DNA from: an uncultured bacterium
Lineage (GTDB): Bacteria; Bacteroidota; Ignavibacteria; Kapaibacteriales; UBA2268
Reading direction: 5' to 3'
DNA length: 64,000 nucleotides
Assembly (NCBI GenBank): GCA_942493235.1
Contig: OW818676.1
Location: 2,919,605-2,983,604, forward strand
Position 1 is the stretch's first letter, and every line of letters starts with the position of its first letter. The notes under the pieces were generated by a model that was not told the DNA's origin, searched no databases, and saw only the letters and a program-made list of their open reading frames with translations. Shown one piece after another: positions 39,080 to 50,423 of the stretch. Made by a program: the position numbers and the translations under genes.

Positions 39080-40096
39080 TTACACTTTTTTGGAAATTTT
39101 AGTCGGAATTATTGATTGAGGCTTCTTATCAAAAGTGAAACTAATCGGAATACGTATTTCATCATTATTAGCATAGCCAATATCATAATTATAATCATTT
39201 ATCAGACTAATCACTCTTAATGCTTCTCTATCAAATTCTTTATTAAATCCATCAGTAACTTTAATATCTCGAATTCTTCCTTTATTATTGATAATAAAGC
39301 TAACATACACAGTTCCGCTAATTCTATTGTAAACCGCTGAAGAAGGATATTTCAAGTTTTTTTCTATGAATTTTTCCAAGCTATCAAATTTCACAGTATG
39401 AGTCATTAAGTCCCAATTTTTTTTGTCATCTTTATTCATTATCTGCTCTACCATTGGGTTTTTCGCTCTATAAACATCATAATTTCCGAATTGAAGTCTT
39501 ATATTTTCGCACTGATATGCAGGAATTCCTTTAGGATTAACAAGATAAGTACGATATTTAACATTTTTGCGAACAATTTCTTCGGCTTTTTTGTCAAATC
39601 CATATCGAATATCTGTTGACCAGCCACCGTTAGTATTTCCTTGTATCGCTTTGACATATATTAACTTACCGTTTGGGTTATAAATTGTTCTAACATCAAT
39701 CTCACAAGTAGTAAGCAAATTTTCTAATTCTTTTGGTTTATTTTTAATTTTTGATACACTTTTATGAATTTCTTCGACTTCTTTAGGAAAATCCATAATA
39801 TTTGAAGTTAGTTTCGGATATAACTCAGGTGTATAAGCAAAATGTCTTGGAAGTGAGTCTTCACTCGGATATTCATTCTTTACCATTTTTCCATCTATAT
39901 ATGAATAAGATGCATCTTTTAATAAATTTCCAAATTTATCAAAAAAGTAATATTCGTAAATATTTGGACACTTTGCTATGATTTGTTCATCCATACTTTT
40001 TACTGCTATAGCTTTTTGACAGGAACTCATTGTAAATAAAGCAATAATTATAAATGTAATGTTTAAGATTACCAATAAATATATTTTGTTTTTCAT
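39080..40096 (-). CDS. Stand-alone TonB-C domain lipoprotein homologous to the C-terminal half of the M56 proteins
   Basis: Leader ending MSSC; NPNGKLIYVKAI..G.W...RYGFDKKAEEIVR and KNLKYPSSA...SGTVYVSFII; GGAG RBS. Confidence 0.82.
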   Translation of the reverse strand: MKNKIYLLVILNITFIIIALFTMSSCQKAIAVKSMDEQIIAKCPNIYEYYFFDKFGNLLKDASYSYIDGKMVKNEYPSEDSLPRHFAYTPELYPKLTSNIMDFPKEVEEIHKSVSKIKNKPKELENLLTTCEIDVRTIYNPNGKLIYVKAIQGNTNGGWSTDIRYGFDKKAEEIVRKNVKYRTYLVNPKGIPAYQCENIRLQFGNYDVYRAKNPMVEQIMNKDDKKNWDLMTHTVKFDSLEKFIEKNLKYPSSAVYNRISGTVYVSFIINNKGRIRDIKVTDGFNKEFDREALRVISLINDYNYDIGYANNDEIRIPISFTFDKKPQSIIPTKISKKV

Positions 40097-40107
40097 ATTT
40101 TACTCCA

Positions 40108-41799
40108 TTATTTTAATCTGAATTCAATTGGTACTATTGTTCTACTATCGTTACTACACCCCATATCAAGTCCTGAATTATTAAAAGAATTAACTACTCG
40201 CAAAACCTCAGCATCCATATCTTCATTTATACCTTTATCTATTTTGACATCCTTTAGTTTGCCGTTCTTGTTAAGAGTAAAGGCAACCCAAACCTGTCCG
40301 CTAACATTGTTCTTTATGCAGGATTCCGGATATTTTATATTTTTACGTACAAAGTCTAATAAGACATTAACCTTGGTAGTATTAAAGGGCATTGAAGTAG
40401 AATCTTTGGAATTAGTGGCTAATAATCTTTTTTTAATAACAGGGTCTTCCAAAGCTCTCCATTTATTTATGCTTCCGAATTGAACGCGTAATATACTATG
40501 TTCGTAAGCACGAATCCCATTCGGATTTTCAATCAATGTGCATTTCCCTAAGTTTCTTACAATTTCTTCAGCTTTTTCATCAAAACCATAGCCAACTTTC
40601 GATTTCCATTCCCCTCCGGCAATTTTGCCGTTAATTGCTTTAATATAAATAACATTGCCATCTTTATCGGTAATCTTTCTTACATTAATAGCAGCACAGT
40701 CGATACCAGCATTTACGGCTTCCGGTGGTAAATCTCGAATATCTTGAATTTTACTTAGTAAATCATAGTTTTCCAAATATCTGCGAATTGTTTTTGTCCG
40801 TGGTACTATTTTCCCATTATCATCATCATAACCTGTCCAAGGTATTATTTTTCCATTATCATCAAAATAACAGTATTCGGTATATTTTGCATATTTATCG
40901 TCTGCCGATACAGGATTGTTTTGCTTATTATTACAAGCAAACGCAAAGAATAAAATTGCAGATAACGGAATAAACATTAGATATCTAATATATTCCGATT
41001 TTCGAGAATTGTTTTTGTTAAGCATTTTAAACCTCTTTTTTATCATTGACATACTAAATGAGTTGACTGGTGCGGCGAAGAGGTTTTTAATTGTTGCAGA
41101 AAGCATTAGCTTTTTATAGTCTTCTTTTCTAACTCCTTGATTAATAATTAAATTATCGGCTGTAAATTCGTGGTTTTCACGTAAAGCTTTTTCGTAAAGA
41201 TATATAAAAGGATTAAGCCATAATATAGATTTTATAATTGATACAAATAGTAAATCTAATGAATGATAATTGTCAATATGAATTTTCTCATGCTTGAAAA
41301 TTTCACAGAAGTCTTTTGATTCGTAAATTGATTTACTTACAAATATACTTTTTATAAATGAAAACGCGGGAATTTCTTTATTTATTATATATAAATCTGT
41401 ACTATCGTGCTCAGCATGAACTGCTTTTATTTTCAATAGGTTAATCCTAATTACCGAATATAAATAAACAGTGATAAATATTGAACTGAATAATATAAAT
41501 ATTAGCATAGCTAAGCTATTATAATTTAATTCACTTAACTGCAATGTATGAGCAGGAGCATTAGCATAGACCACTATTCCCTGAATATAATCATTATTAT
41601 AGATTGAATTGGCGGAAATAGATTCCGTAGATAGCGATATATTAATTATTGGAATTACAAGACTTAGCAATAATGTAAGTAGCAAATAAATGCGGTTTAA
41701 TGTAAAGAATGTATTTTTGCGTAAAAGCAAATAATATAATCCATAGAACACTCCGGTACAGAGCGATGATTTTACCAAATAACTTAAAAACTCATTCAT
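40108..41799 (-). CDS. BlaR1-like M56 peptidase fused to tandem TonB-C domains (paralog 2)
   Basis: First ~305 aa differ from paralog 1 at only about a dozen positions; HEKIH intact; divergent C-terminal TonB-C pair. Confidence 0.9.
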   Translation of the reverse strand: MNEFLSYLVKSSLCTGVFYGLYYLLLRKNTFFTLNRIYLLLTLLLSLVIPIINISLSTESISANSIYNNDYIQGIVVYANAPAHTLQLSELNYNSLAMLIFILFSSIFITVYLYSVIRINLLKIKAVHAEHDSTDLYIINKEIPAFSFIKSIFVSKSIYESKDFCEIFKHEKIHIDNYHSLDLLFVSIIKSILWLNPFIYLYEKALRENHEFTADNLIINQGVRKEDYKKLMLSATIKNLFAAPVNSFSMSMIKKRFKMLNKNNSRKSEYIRYLMFIPLSAILFFAFACNNKQNNPVSADDKYAKYTEYCYFDDNGKIIPWTGYDDDNGKIVPRTKTIRRYLENYDLLSKIQDIRDLPPEAVNAGIDCAAINVRKITDKDGNVIYIKAINGKIAGGEWKSKVGYGFDEKAEEIVRNLGKCTLIENPNGIRAYEHSILRVQFGSINKWRALEDPVIKKRLLATNSKDSTSMPFNTTKVNVLLDFVRKNIKYPESCIKNNVSGQVWVAFTLNKNGKLKDVKIDKGINEDMDAEVLRVVNSFNNSGLDMGCSNDSRTIVPIEFRLK

Positions 41800-42051
41800 A
41801 TTTAAACCGTATTTTATTTTATAATTTATCGATTATTTTATATAACACATTAATATTGATCATCATTAGGTTAAATTTAAAATTCTATAAACAATCAAAG
41901 AGCAAAGAGACTTTGCTTCTATATCATTCTTACGAATAAAAGTATCGCTGTCTTCATTACATTACTTAAAGCAATGGAATTCATCTGCTTAATTATTTCC
42001 ACCCTACTTACGTATAATACGCAAGCAGGATGAAAATATGCGATGAGAAAA

Positions 42052-42423
42052 CTAATCATTATTATAGTCGTTATCCGTTAGCATATTTTGAATTTCTTCA
42101 AGCTCTGCTACAGATAAATTTCCTTCTTTAGCAAAGAAAGAAACCAAACCGCTATAAGAATCCCCGAAATAATTCTTTACGAAATTCTTCAAAAAGGATT
42201 TGCTGTAATCGCTTTTTGATACAGTCGGGAAATACATATAGCTCCCGCCAAAGTCTTTGTGAGAAATGAATCCCTTTTTTTCCAGAATTCTAATAATCGT
42301 AGAAACCGTATTGTATGCCGGCTTAGGTTCTGGAAATATTTCAACTACATTCTTCACAAATCCCTCTTGCAGACTCCATAGAATCTGCATTACTTCTTCT
42401 TCCGCTCTTGTCAACTCTTTCAT
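42052..42423 (-). CDS. BlaI/MecI/CopY-family transcriptional repressor
   Basis: MKELTRAEEEVMQILW, PKPAYNTVSTIIRILEKKGF, F..F.KNYFGDS...LVSFF, LS..ELEEI; start at 42423. Confidence 0.95.
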   Translation of the reverse strand: MKELTRAEEEVMQILWSLQEGFVKNVVEIFPEPKPAYNTVSTIIRILEKKGFISHKDFGGSYMYFPTVSKSDYSKSFLKNFVKNYFGDSYSGLVSFFAKEGNLSVAELEEIQNMLTDNDYNND

Positions 42424-42457
42424 AATTACAAATATAATACATTTTAAAACAGAATGC

Positions 42458-42494
42458 AACTAATATTTTAGTTAAATAACTAATTTATTAGTTA
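42458..42494. promoter_or_regulatory. Two tandem palindromes, candidate BlaI operators
   Basis: AACTAA-TATT-TTAGTT (42458-42473) and TAACTAA-TTTA-TTAGTTA (42477-42494), 20 bp apart and 35-71 nt upstream of the blaI-like start. Confidence 0.65.
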
Positions 42495-42647
42495 ACTAAT
42501 CTTAAATAATTGATTTATATAGTGATATGTTATATATAAATATTTATTATTGTACCGGAATAATAATCAAATGACAAAAGAAAAGTGTATTTTTTCTGCT
42601 TTAGGTAACTAAGAAAGTTGAAAATAATTGATATAGTAATTATAAGA

Positions 42648-42953
42648 TTCTTCGCTATTATGTGTGAGTAAGCAAATATAGAAATCTTTCTTACAACAGC
42701 GTTAGCTGTTGAACATCGGTAATAAACATTGTTTAGTCCCTACACTCTTTTTTCTCTTTTTGTCGTTAAAAGAAGAGAGTGATGGTGGAGTATCTCATTA
42801 TTTTACCAACGTTTAACTCCTAACGGAGTTAAAATATAAAATCATTGATGTTTATCAAATAATATATCCAAAATCAATATTTGATATATTAAGGTTATGA
42901 TTATACTAATAACAAATATTTGCTAACCCACTTAAAATAGAGAAGCCCCAATT
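42648..42953 (+). repeat. ~300 bp dispersed element, copy 3
   Basis: Near-identical direct copy of 11671-11975, from TTCTTCGCTATTATGTGTG to AAGCCCCAATT. Confidence 0.9.
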
Positions 42954-43252
42954 ATAAGTAAAAGACAAAATACAAATTCTTGTTAAATTAATTTATAAAA
43001 TTTCTGACTTTGTAAATTAGCACCCTTAGGAGTTACATATTGGTAAAAGTATAACTTACGAAGTTAAAAATCAAAAATACAATTGTATTATAAATTCAGC
43101 AAAATCAGAGGTTCGGACTACAAATTTATCAACTCAATTATATCTCGTTAAAAAAATATACTGATTATTTCGCTTCATTTTTATAATTTTGTAAATTAAA
43201 GTATTGAATATAGAAATAATAACATTTGTATAAATAATTGAACGACAAAATT

Positions 43253-44515
43253 ATGCTGAAAATCATAAGAGAAAATCCTGACAAAGTAAAAGAAAATATT
43301 CGTAAAAAACTTGAAAAAGCTGATATTCAGCCAATTCTTAATCTTGACGAAAAACGCCGTGCAGCTATACAAGAAGTTGAAAAGCTGAAAAACTTGAGAA
43401 ATACAACAAGCCAGGAAATTGCAAACCTTAAAAAGAGCAAAGAAAATGCCGACGATAAAATCGCCGAGATGAAACAAGTATCTGATAAAATCAAAGAGCT
43501 TGATGACCAATTAAGAACTATCGAAGAAGAATTAGACTTAATGGTACTAACTATTCCGAATATGCTTCATGATTCTGTTCCCGAAGGCAAAACACCCGAA
43601 GATAACCCTGTGATTCGCTCTTGGGGTTCTATAAAAGAAGAAGATACTACTGACCATATTGAGATATGCAAAAATTTAAGTTTAATTGATTTCGAACGTG
43701 GTGCTAAAGTTTCAGGCAGTGGCTTCCATTTCTATACAGGCAGAGGTGCGGCTTTAGAAAGAGCCTTGATTAATTTTATGCTTGACTCGCACATTAACAA
43801 ACACGGCTATACAGAAATCATGCCACCGTTTATGGTTAACGAAGAGTCTATGAAGGGAACCGGTCAGTTACCGAAAATGGCGGAAGACATGTACACTATG
43901 GAAAAAGATAATTTCCACATGATACCAACTGCCGAAGTGCCACTTACAAATTTCTATGCTCAGAATACACTTAATATTGAAGAAATGCCAATTAAATTCT
44001 GCGGTTATTCACCGTGCTTCCGTCGCGAAGCCGGCAGTTACGGCAAAGATACACGCGGATTATTGAGACTTCATCAATTCAATAAAGTGGAATTAGTTAA
44101 ATTCGCTCATCCGGACACTTCCTACGATGAGCTTGAATTATTGGTTGCAGATGTCGAAGACGTGCTTCAAACTCTCAATATTCCATACAGAGTGATTTTA
44201 TTATGCAGTGGCGATACCAGTTTCTCGTCTGCAAAAACTTATGACATTGAGGTTTGGTCACCGGCTGATAAAAAATGGCTTGAAGTCTCCAGCTGTTCTA
44301 ATTTTGAAGATTTCCAAGCCCGTAGAGCAAACATCAGATTTAAACGTACTCCAAATACAAAACCTGAATTTATCCATACTCTAAACGGTAGTGGTCTTGC
44401 CACTCCAAGATTGTTAGTTGCGATTTTAGAGAACTATATTCAAGCAGACGGCACTTTAATAGTTCCCGAACCATTGAGAAAATATACCGGCTTTGACAAA
44501 GTTGAAAAAGCTTAG
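43253..44515 (+). CDS. serS: Serine--tRNA ligase
   Basis: IPN.LH.SVP.GK, GAKVSGSGF, PTAEVPLT, CFRREAGSYGKDTRGLLRLHQFNKVE, EVSSCSN.EDFQARR, TLNGSGLA; start at ATG 43253 or TTG 43238. Confidence 0.97.
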   Translation: MLKIIRENPDKVKENIRKKLEKADIQPILNLDEKRRAAIQEVEKLKNLRNTTSQEIANLKKSKENADDKIAEMKQVSDKIKELDDQLRTIEEELDLMVLTIPNMLHDSVPEGKTPEDNPVIRSWGSIKEEDTTDHIEICKNLSLIDFERGAKVSGSGFHFYTGRGAALERALINFMLDSHINKHGYTEIMPPFMVNEESMKGTGQLPKMAEDMYTMEKDNFHMIPTAEVPLTNFYAQNTLNIEEMPIKFCGYSPCFRREAGSYGKDTRGLLRLHQFNKVELVKFAHPDTSYDELELLVADVEDVLQTLNIPYRVILLCSGDTSFSSAKTYDIEVWSPADKKWLEVSSCSNFEDFQARRANIRFKRTPNTKPEFIHTLNGSGLATPRLLVAILENYIQADGTLIVPEPLRKYTGFDKVEKA

Positions 44516-44533
44516 TTTTTCAACTTATTTTTT

Positions 44534-44574
44534 AAAAAACCTCTCATCACTCTTACTAATGATGAGAGGTTTTT
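44534..44574 (+). terminator. Intrinsic terminator after serS
   Basis: AAAAAACCTCTCATCA-loop-TGATGAGAGGTTTTT. Confidence 0.8.
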
Positions 44575-45022
44575 ATTATTACTACAATATAAATACACTA
44601 ACATTTGGCAATAGAATAGTTTACAAATATATGAATACTTGTAAACTATTCTATTGACTGTGCTATACCGGAATTATATTCAGCTATTAACCGTATAAAA
44701 ATAGACCCTAAACATTGAATAATACTATAATGACTATTTAAATATAATATCATAGTAGATTTTGAATACTTACTTTTCAATTAACAACTAATTGAGTAAT
44801 GTAAACATAAAACACTACAAAACAATAGTTTATATAAATAATCGATAAATATCAAATTTTAAATATTTGAGAATATTTAATAAATAATTTTATTATTATG
44901 TCGATATTCTTTAAATTAGTAATTCAGAATAATACAAGTTTTGCATGTATATATATTCTGAAAAATACTTTTGAAAATGAAATAGACAGTGTTTGCTATA
45001 AATATACATTAATAGGTGTGAA

Positions 45023-47428
45023 ATGAAAATAGGTGCAAAATTAATTACAGGTTTTTCTGTAATTTTAGTAATTCTTTTAGCTGTAGGCTTATATGCTTTC
45101 TTTACTTTAGGTAGTTTAAAGGAAGATATGGAATTGACACTAAATGACAGGTACATAAAAGTACAGAGGATATACGAATTAGAGGTTTCAGCGTTTAAAA
45201 ATGGAATTAGTTTAAGAAATATTATTTTAGAAACTAATCCAGAAATTGTTGGTCAATTAAATAAAGAAATCTCAACCAGAACTGCTCAGTCCGATGTTAT
45301 CTTAGATTCTTTAGACAAAACTCTTTCAACAGTAAAGGGAAGAGAATTATATAAAGAATTGAAAACGACTTACAATACTTATAATACTTTAAGAGAAAAT
45401 GTTACTCAGTTAGCAGTAGCAAATAAAAAAGCCGATGCCACTATCCAGCTATTTGGTCAAATGAAAGTAGAAACCGGTAAATATGTGTCAAGCTTAGCTT
45501 CTATCAAAACATATCTGATTAAAGTAATGAATGATGCCGGAACCAAATCAATGGATGCAGTCAATAATGCCAATACAATTATAGTAATTGTAATTATAAT
45601 AGCTATTGCATTGGGCTTATTTATCGCACTATTTATAACCGGAATGATTACTAAACCAATTAATAAATTAATTGAAGTCGCCGATAGCATTGCCGACGGT
45701 AATATGGATATTTCTCTTGATACCGAAAAGAAAGATGAGACCGGAGTATTGAACCGAGCAATGAAGAAGATGGGTGATTCAATTCAGTCATTGGTAGCAG
45801 ATGCCAATCATTTAGCCGATTCGGCAATAGCAGGAAAATTAGATATTAGAGCCGATGCAAATAAATATAAGGGTGAATACAAAAATTTGATAGCCGGACT
45901 AAATAATACATTAGACGCAATTATTAATCCTCTAAACGTTACGGCTGAATATGTTGACAGAATTTCAAAAGGTGATATTCCTCCGCTATTAACTGACGAT
46001 GCAAAGGGTGATTTCAACGAAATTAAAAACAATATGAATCAATTGATTGATACGATAAAAGGACTAAAGCAAGATGTAGAGTTTTTAATGGCTGGTGTAG
46101 GAGAGGGCAAAGTCTCTACTACTCGTGCTGATGCACATAAACATCTTGGAGTATATCGTAACATAGTCGAAGGATTTAATCAAACATTAGAATTAGTTTC
46201 CGAGCCAATAAATGAAGAATTAGAGGTTCTCTCTAAGTTAGCTCTGGGTCAATTAGAAGTTAGAATGGTTAAGACATATAAAGGCGATTTTAACCTACTA
46301 AAAGATAATTTGAATACTACTATTGATTCTTTACCATTAACTGAAACAATGAGAGTAATGGCTCGAATGGCTGAAGGTGATTTAACAAGTAAAATGAGCG
46401 GAAATTACAAAGGCGAGAGCTTAAAGCTTATGAATTCTGTTAATGACACTATAGATTCACTTAACGAAATTCTCTATCAGGTACGTACTACAGTTGACGA
46501 AGTTACTCGTGGAGCTATGCAGGTCTCTGATGCCTCTACTGCTTTATCACAGGGTGCTACGGAGCAAGCAGCTTCGCTTGAAGAAATCACTTCATCTATG
46601 ACTGAAATCGGCTCTCAGACACGTTTAAATGCTGAAAATGCAAATCAAGCAAATTCACTTTCTTTTGAAGCTCGAAGCGGTGCTGAAAGAGGTAACACTG
46701 AAATGGCTCAGCTGAACACCGCAATGTCAGAAATTAACGAATCAAGTAAAAATATTTCGAAGATTATTAAAGTAATTGATGAAATTGCATTCCAAACAAA
46801 CTTGCTTGCACTTAATGCCGCAGTTGAAGCTGCCAGAGCAGGCCGCCATGGTAAAGGATTTGCAGTTGTTGCCGAAGAAGTTCGTAACTTAGCAGCACGT
46901 AGTGCTACTGCCGCAAAAGAAACCGCAGAACTTATTGAAAATAGTATTAAAACTGTTGAACAGGGCTCGTCTCTGGCGGGTAAAACCGGCGAAGCATTGG
47001 AAGAGATCAAGAACAGCTCTGTCAAAGTAGCAGATATAGTTGCCGAGATTACTACATCATCAAATGAACAAGCTCAGGGTATAGCTCAAATTAATGAAGG
47101 GCTTACTCAAATTGATAAAGTAACTCAGACCAATACTGCTTCTGCTGAAGAATCAGCATCTGCTTCCGAAGAATTATCAGGTCAAGCTAATCAATTACGT
47201 CAATTAATCGAGAGATTCAAATTGGCACATCAATCAAATGATACTTATAGACCAAATTATAATAAACCTAATCAAATGGGGGGTAAAAAAGCAGGCAGAG
47301 CTTTGGCTCCGACTTCTTATGACGAATACTTAGACGATGGTTATAGCAATCGTAAGCCTTCATCTAACCCCAAAATTGATGCTAGGGACATTATCAAACT
47401 TGACGAAGACGATTTCGGGAAATACTAA
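45023..47428 (+). CDS. Methyl-accepting chemotaxis protein (4-helix sensor, multiple HAMP-like repeats, signalling domain)
   Basis: Two TM segments; hairpin [40 protein letters not shown]; QAASLEE methylation helices. Confidence 0.95.
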   Translation: MKIGAKLITGFSVILVILLAVGLYAFFTLGSLKEDMELTLNDRYIKVQRIYELEVSAFKNGISLRNIILETNPEIVGQLNKEISTRTAQSDVILDSLDKTLSTVKGRELYKELKTTYNTYNTLRENVTQLAVANKKADATIQLFGQMKVETGKYVSSLASIKTYLIKVMNDAGTKSMDAVNNANTIIVIVIIIAIALGLFIALFITGMITKPINKLIEVADSIADGNMDISLDTEKKDETGVLNRAMKKMGDSIQSLVADANHLADSAIAGKLDIRADANKYKGEYKNLIAGLNNTLDAIINPLNVTAEYVDRISKGDIPPLLTDDAKGDFNEIKNNMNQLIDTIKGLKQDVEFLMAGVGEGKVSTTRADAHKHLGVYRNIVEGFNQTLELVSEPINEELEVLSKLALGQLEVRMVKTYKGDFNLLKDNLNTTIDSLPLTETMRVMARMAEGDLTSKMSGNYKGESLKLMNSVNDTIDSLNEILYQVRTTVDEVTRGAMQVSDASTALSQGATEQAASLEEITSSMTEIGSQTRLNAENANQANSLSFEARSGAERGNTEMAQLNTAMSEINESSKNISKIIKVIDEIAFQTNLLALNAAVEAARAGRHGKGFAVVAEEVRNLAARSATAAKETAELIENSIKTVEQGSSLAGKTGEALEEIKNSSVKVADIVAEITTSSNEQAQGIAQINEGLTQIDKVTQTNTASAEESASASEELSGQANQLRQLIERFKLAHQSNDTYRPNYNKPNQMGGKKAGRALAPTSYDEYLDDGYSNRKPSSNPKIDARDIIKLDEDDFGKY

Positions 47429-47470
47429 TTGAAAATATTAATAAAAGAAGAATATTATATTAATTAAGAT

Positions 47471-47509
47471 AAAAAAAGCGGGACAGTATGTTTATTGTTC
47501 CGCTTTTTT
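47471..47509. terminator. Bidirectional terminator between the MCP gene and fumC
   Basis: AAAAAAAGCGGGACAG...TTGTTCCGCTTTTTT stem with A/T runs on both sides. Confidence 0.7.
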
Positions 47510-47795
47510 ATAACACAAGCCACTTGAAAAGTGAATATTTCGGTAAATGGGTTAGTATTCATCAGTTTTATCAATGAGTAGAGTTCTGGGCAAATACAAT
47601 TGTAGAAGAAAAAGAGTATTTCAAATTCACAATTGAGCCATATCAATTCTCTTTTTAAAACGACCTAAGTCATGAATTTATAACAAAAAATTTATTTCAA
47701 ACAGAATTATATATCATTGATAGAAACCAGTGATTGTAGTACTTATACACCAATATCCCCCCTCCCGACTACTGCCGAGAGGGAGTATAAATATA

Positions 47796-49199
47796 TTACA
47801 AGCTTGGACCAAGCATGTTTTCAGGACGTACCAATTGGTCGAATTTTTCGGCAGTTAAAATGCCAAGCTCTACTGCTGCTTGTTTCAGTGATAAATTATT
47901 ATGATGGGCGTGCTTTGCAATCCTTGCCGCATTGTCGTAACCGATATGCGGATTGAGAGCTGTAACAAGCATCAAAGTATTCTCTACAAAATGCTGAATC
48001 TTCTCTTTATTCGGCTCAATGCCGACGGCACAATGTTCTTCAAACATAACACAGGTATCGGCAAGCAATCTTACGCTTTGTAAGAAATTATAGATAATGA
48101 CCGGTTTATATACGTTTAATTCGAAGTTACCGGAAGCACCACCGAAATTAATAGTAGTGTCATTACCGAATACTTGAGCTGCAACCATTGTCATTGCTTC
48201 GGATTGAGTCGGGTTCACTTTGCCTGGCATAATTGAAGACCCCGGTTCGTTTTCAGGAATAACCAATTCGCCCAGACCGCAACGTGGACCGGAAGCAAGC
48301 CAACGTACATCGTTAGCGATTTTCATTAGTGAAGCAGCAAGTGTCTTTAATGCACCGTGAGCAAATACCAAAGCATCGTGGCTGGCAAGAGCTTCAAATT
48401 TATTCGGAGCAGAAATAAAAGGTAAGCCGGTATATTCGGCAATTTTTTTAGCTGTTTTGGTTGCAAATTCAGGATGAGTATTCAGTCCGGTTCCTACGGC
48501 TGTCCCGCCGAGAGCTATTTGATATAATCCCGGTAATACATAAGCTATACGCTCTAAAGCGGAATCTAATTGCTGAACATAGGCAGAGAATTCCTGACCC
48601 AAAGTCAAAGGCACGGCATCCATTAGGTGAGTTCTGCCCACTTTGATAATACCGGAAAAATCTTTAGCTTTATCATTTAGAGTATTTCTTAATTTGATAA
48701 TTGCCGGTATTAATCTCTTATTGATTTCGGTAGCAGCTGCTATGTGCATAGCAGTCGGGAAAGTATCATTAGAACTTTGTGATTTATTTACGTCATCATT
48801 CGGGTGAATAGGTTTTTTAGAACCCATTTCTCCGCCTGCAATTTCAATAGCTCTATTAGAAATTACTTCATTAGAGTTCATATTGCTTTGAGTTCCGCTA
48901 CCTGTTTGCCAGATGGCGAGCGGGAAGTGAGCATCTAATTTGCCTTCTATTACTTCGTCTGCGGCTTTCGCAATAAGTTCGGCTTTATCTTTGGCAAGTA
49001 CGCCAAGCTCGGCATTAACTTCGGCGGCAGCTTTTTTAAGCGTGCCCATTGCGGCAATAATTTCGCGTGGCATTTTCTCTATGCCGATATTAAAATGAAT
49101 TAAAGAACGAGCGGACTGTGCTCCCCAATAAACATTAGCAGGCACTTGTATTTCGCCCATTGAATCTTTTTCGATTCTGTATTCCATTTTATTCTCCAT
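47796..49199 (-). CDS. fumC: Class II fumarate hydratase
   Basis: [65 protein letters not shown]. Confidence 0.97.
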   Translation of the reverse strand: MENKMEYRIEKDSMGEIQVPANVYWGAQSARSLIHFNIGIEKMPREIIAAMGTLKKAAAEVNAELGVLAKDKAELIAKAADEVIEGKLDAHFPLAIWQTGSGTQSNMNSNEVISNRAIEIAGGEMGSKKPIHPNDDVNKSQSSNDTFPTAMHIAAATEINKRLIPAIIKLRNTLNDKAKDFSGIIKVGRTHLMDAVPLTLGQEFSAYVQQLDSALERIAYVLPGLYQIALGGTAVGTGLNTHPEFATKTAKKIAEYTGLPFISAPNKFEALASHDALVFAHGALKTLAASLMKIANDVRWLASGPRCGLGELVIPENEPGSSIMPGKVNPTQSEAMTMVAAQVFGNDTTINFGGASGNFELNVYKPVIIYNFLQSVRLLADTCVMFEEHCAVGIEPNKEKIQHFVENTLMLVTALNPHIGYDNAARIAKHAHHNNLSLKQAAVELGILTAEKFDQLVRPENMLGPSL

Positions 49200-49275
49200 A
49201 AATACATAATATCTATAATTTGATTTATTAGTCCGAAATTAGACAATTCAAACAAACTTTTATTTTATAGATTAA

Positions 49276-50187
49276 CTACATATTTTTAATGGAATTAATA
49301 TTAGATTTCCAAGCTGCCGATAATTTATTATAATATTGTAGCTTAAATGAAGTATTCGGAGATTTTTTTACTGAATGGATTAATTTAAATAAAATACAAG
49401 CTATCTTATTATTGAAAAGCTCTGATTTGAAATAAATATTTTGAATATATGGCTTAGCATATTTCTTTGCAAGTCGGATTTTTGCTTTTACAAATAGGTC
49501 AAGAGCATTCTCGTTTATACCTCCTATATTGGTGCTTGCTCCACGCAAATGAATTACTTTTGCAGCCGGCAGATGAATATTATCATACCCATTAATAGTA
49601 ACTTTTTTGCAGAAGTCGGCATCTTCGGAGTAAAAGAAATATTCTTCGCTGAACCCTGCTACTTTTTTAAATACTTCAGTTCTGACTGCCATTACAGCAC
49701 CATCTAAATATTGAACTTTATGAGGATGTATTGATTTAATTCTGTTCAATAGCGGCTGTATATAGAAAATATTTCTTAAAATTAGCCCCCAGCCGGGAAG
49801 CAGCCCGTAACTATACTGTAAACGTCCGTCAGTATAATATTGAGATGGAGCGACTACTCCTGCCTTAGGATTAGCATTTAAATAATCGAAAAGACAACTA
49901 ATCGTGCCTGAATTATAAATTACATCGGCATTACTGATAATTACAAAGTCAGAATCAGTGGAATTAACTCCAATATTAACCGCTTTCGAATAACCCAAAT
50001 TATCGATATTTTTGATTATTTTCACTTGCGGATAGTTTATTCTAAGCTGTTCAACTGTGTTATCGGTTGAATTATTATCAACTACACAAATATCAATATT
50101 CATTTGACAAGTATCGTAAATTGATTTTACGCAGTTTAAAGTCAGCTCTGCTGAATTATATGATATGATTACAATAGCTAATTTCAA
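49276..50187 (-). CDS. Family 2 glycosyltransferase
   Basis: IVIISYN, VVDNNSTD, NLGYSKAVN.G, SNAD, FFYSEDADFC. Confidence 0.88.
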   Translation of the reverse strand: MKLAIVIISYNSAELTLNCVKSIYDTCQMNIDICVVDNNSTDNTVEQLRINYPQVKIIKNIDNLGYSKAVNIGVNSTDSDFVIISNADVIYNSGTISCLFDYLNANPKAGVVAPSQYYTDGRLQYSYGLLPGWGLILRNIFYIQPLLNRIKSIHPHKVQYLDGAVMAVRTEVFKKVAGFSEEYFFYSEDADFCKKVTINGYDNIHLPAAKVIHLRGASTNIGGINENALDLFVKAKIRLAKKYAKPYIQNIYFKSELFNNKIACILFKLIHSVKKSPNTSFKLQYYNKLSAAWKSNINSIKNM

Positions 50188-50423
50188 TTTAAATCTTTTA
50201 CTAAATTAGTAATTTATACATAATATAAAGATTCAATTTAATTATATTTTAACAAATATCAAAATCTGTTTTTATTTTTTAATTTTATTTTGTAATATTG
50301 TAACTTATAGTAGTGTGCAAAATGAAGAATAGTATTTAAGTAAATAGTTTATATTTTGATGAATATTATATCCATTTGAATTAAGTCAATATTTATTATA
50401 ATAGTGTAAATTTTTTTAGAAAT

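Noticed and set aside
37364-41799. Diversity-generating retroelement acting on the TonB-C halves
   Set aside because: No reverse transcriptase in the window; differences include indels and all base types rather than adenine-specific changes in a short TR/VR pair.
47796-49199. Horizontal acquisition of fumC suggested by visibly higher GC
   Set aside because: Conserved Gly/Ala-rich enzymes such as typA and serS look similarly GC-richer here; no flanking mobility signal, and I could not compute composition statistics.
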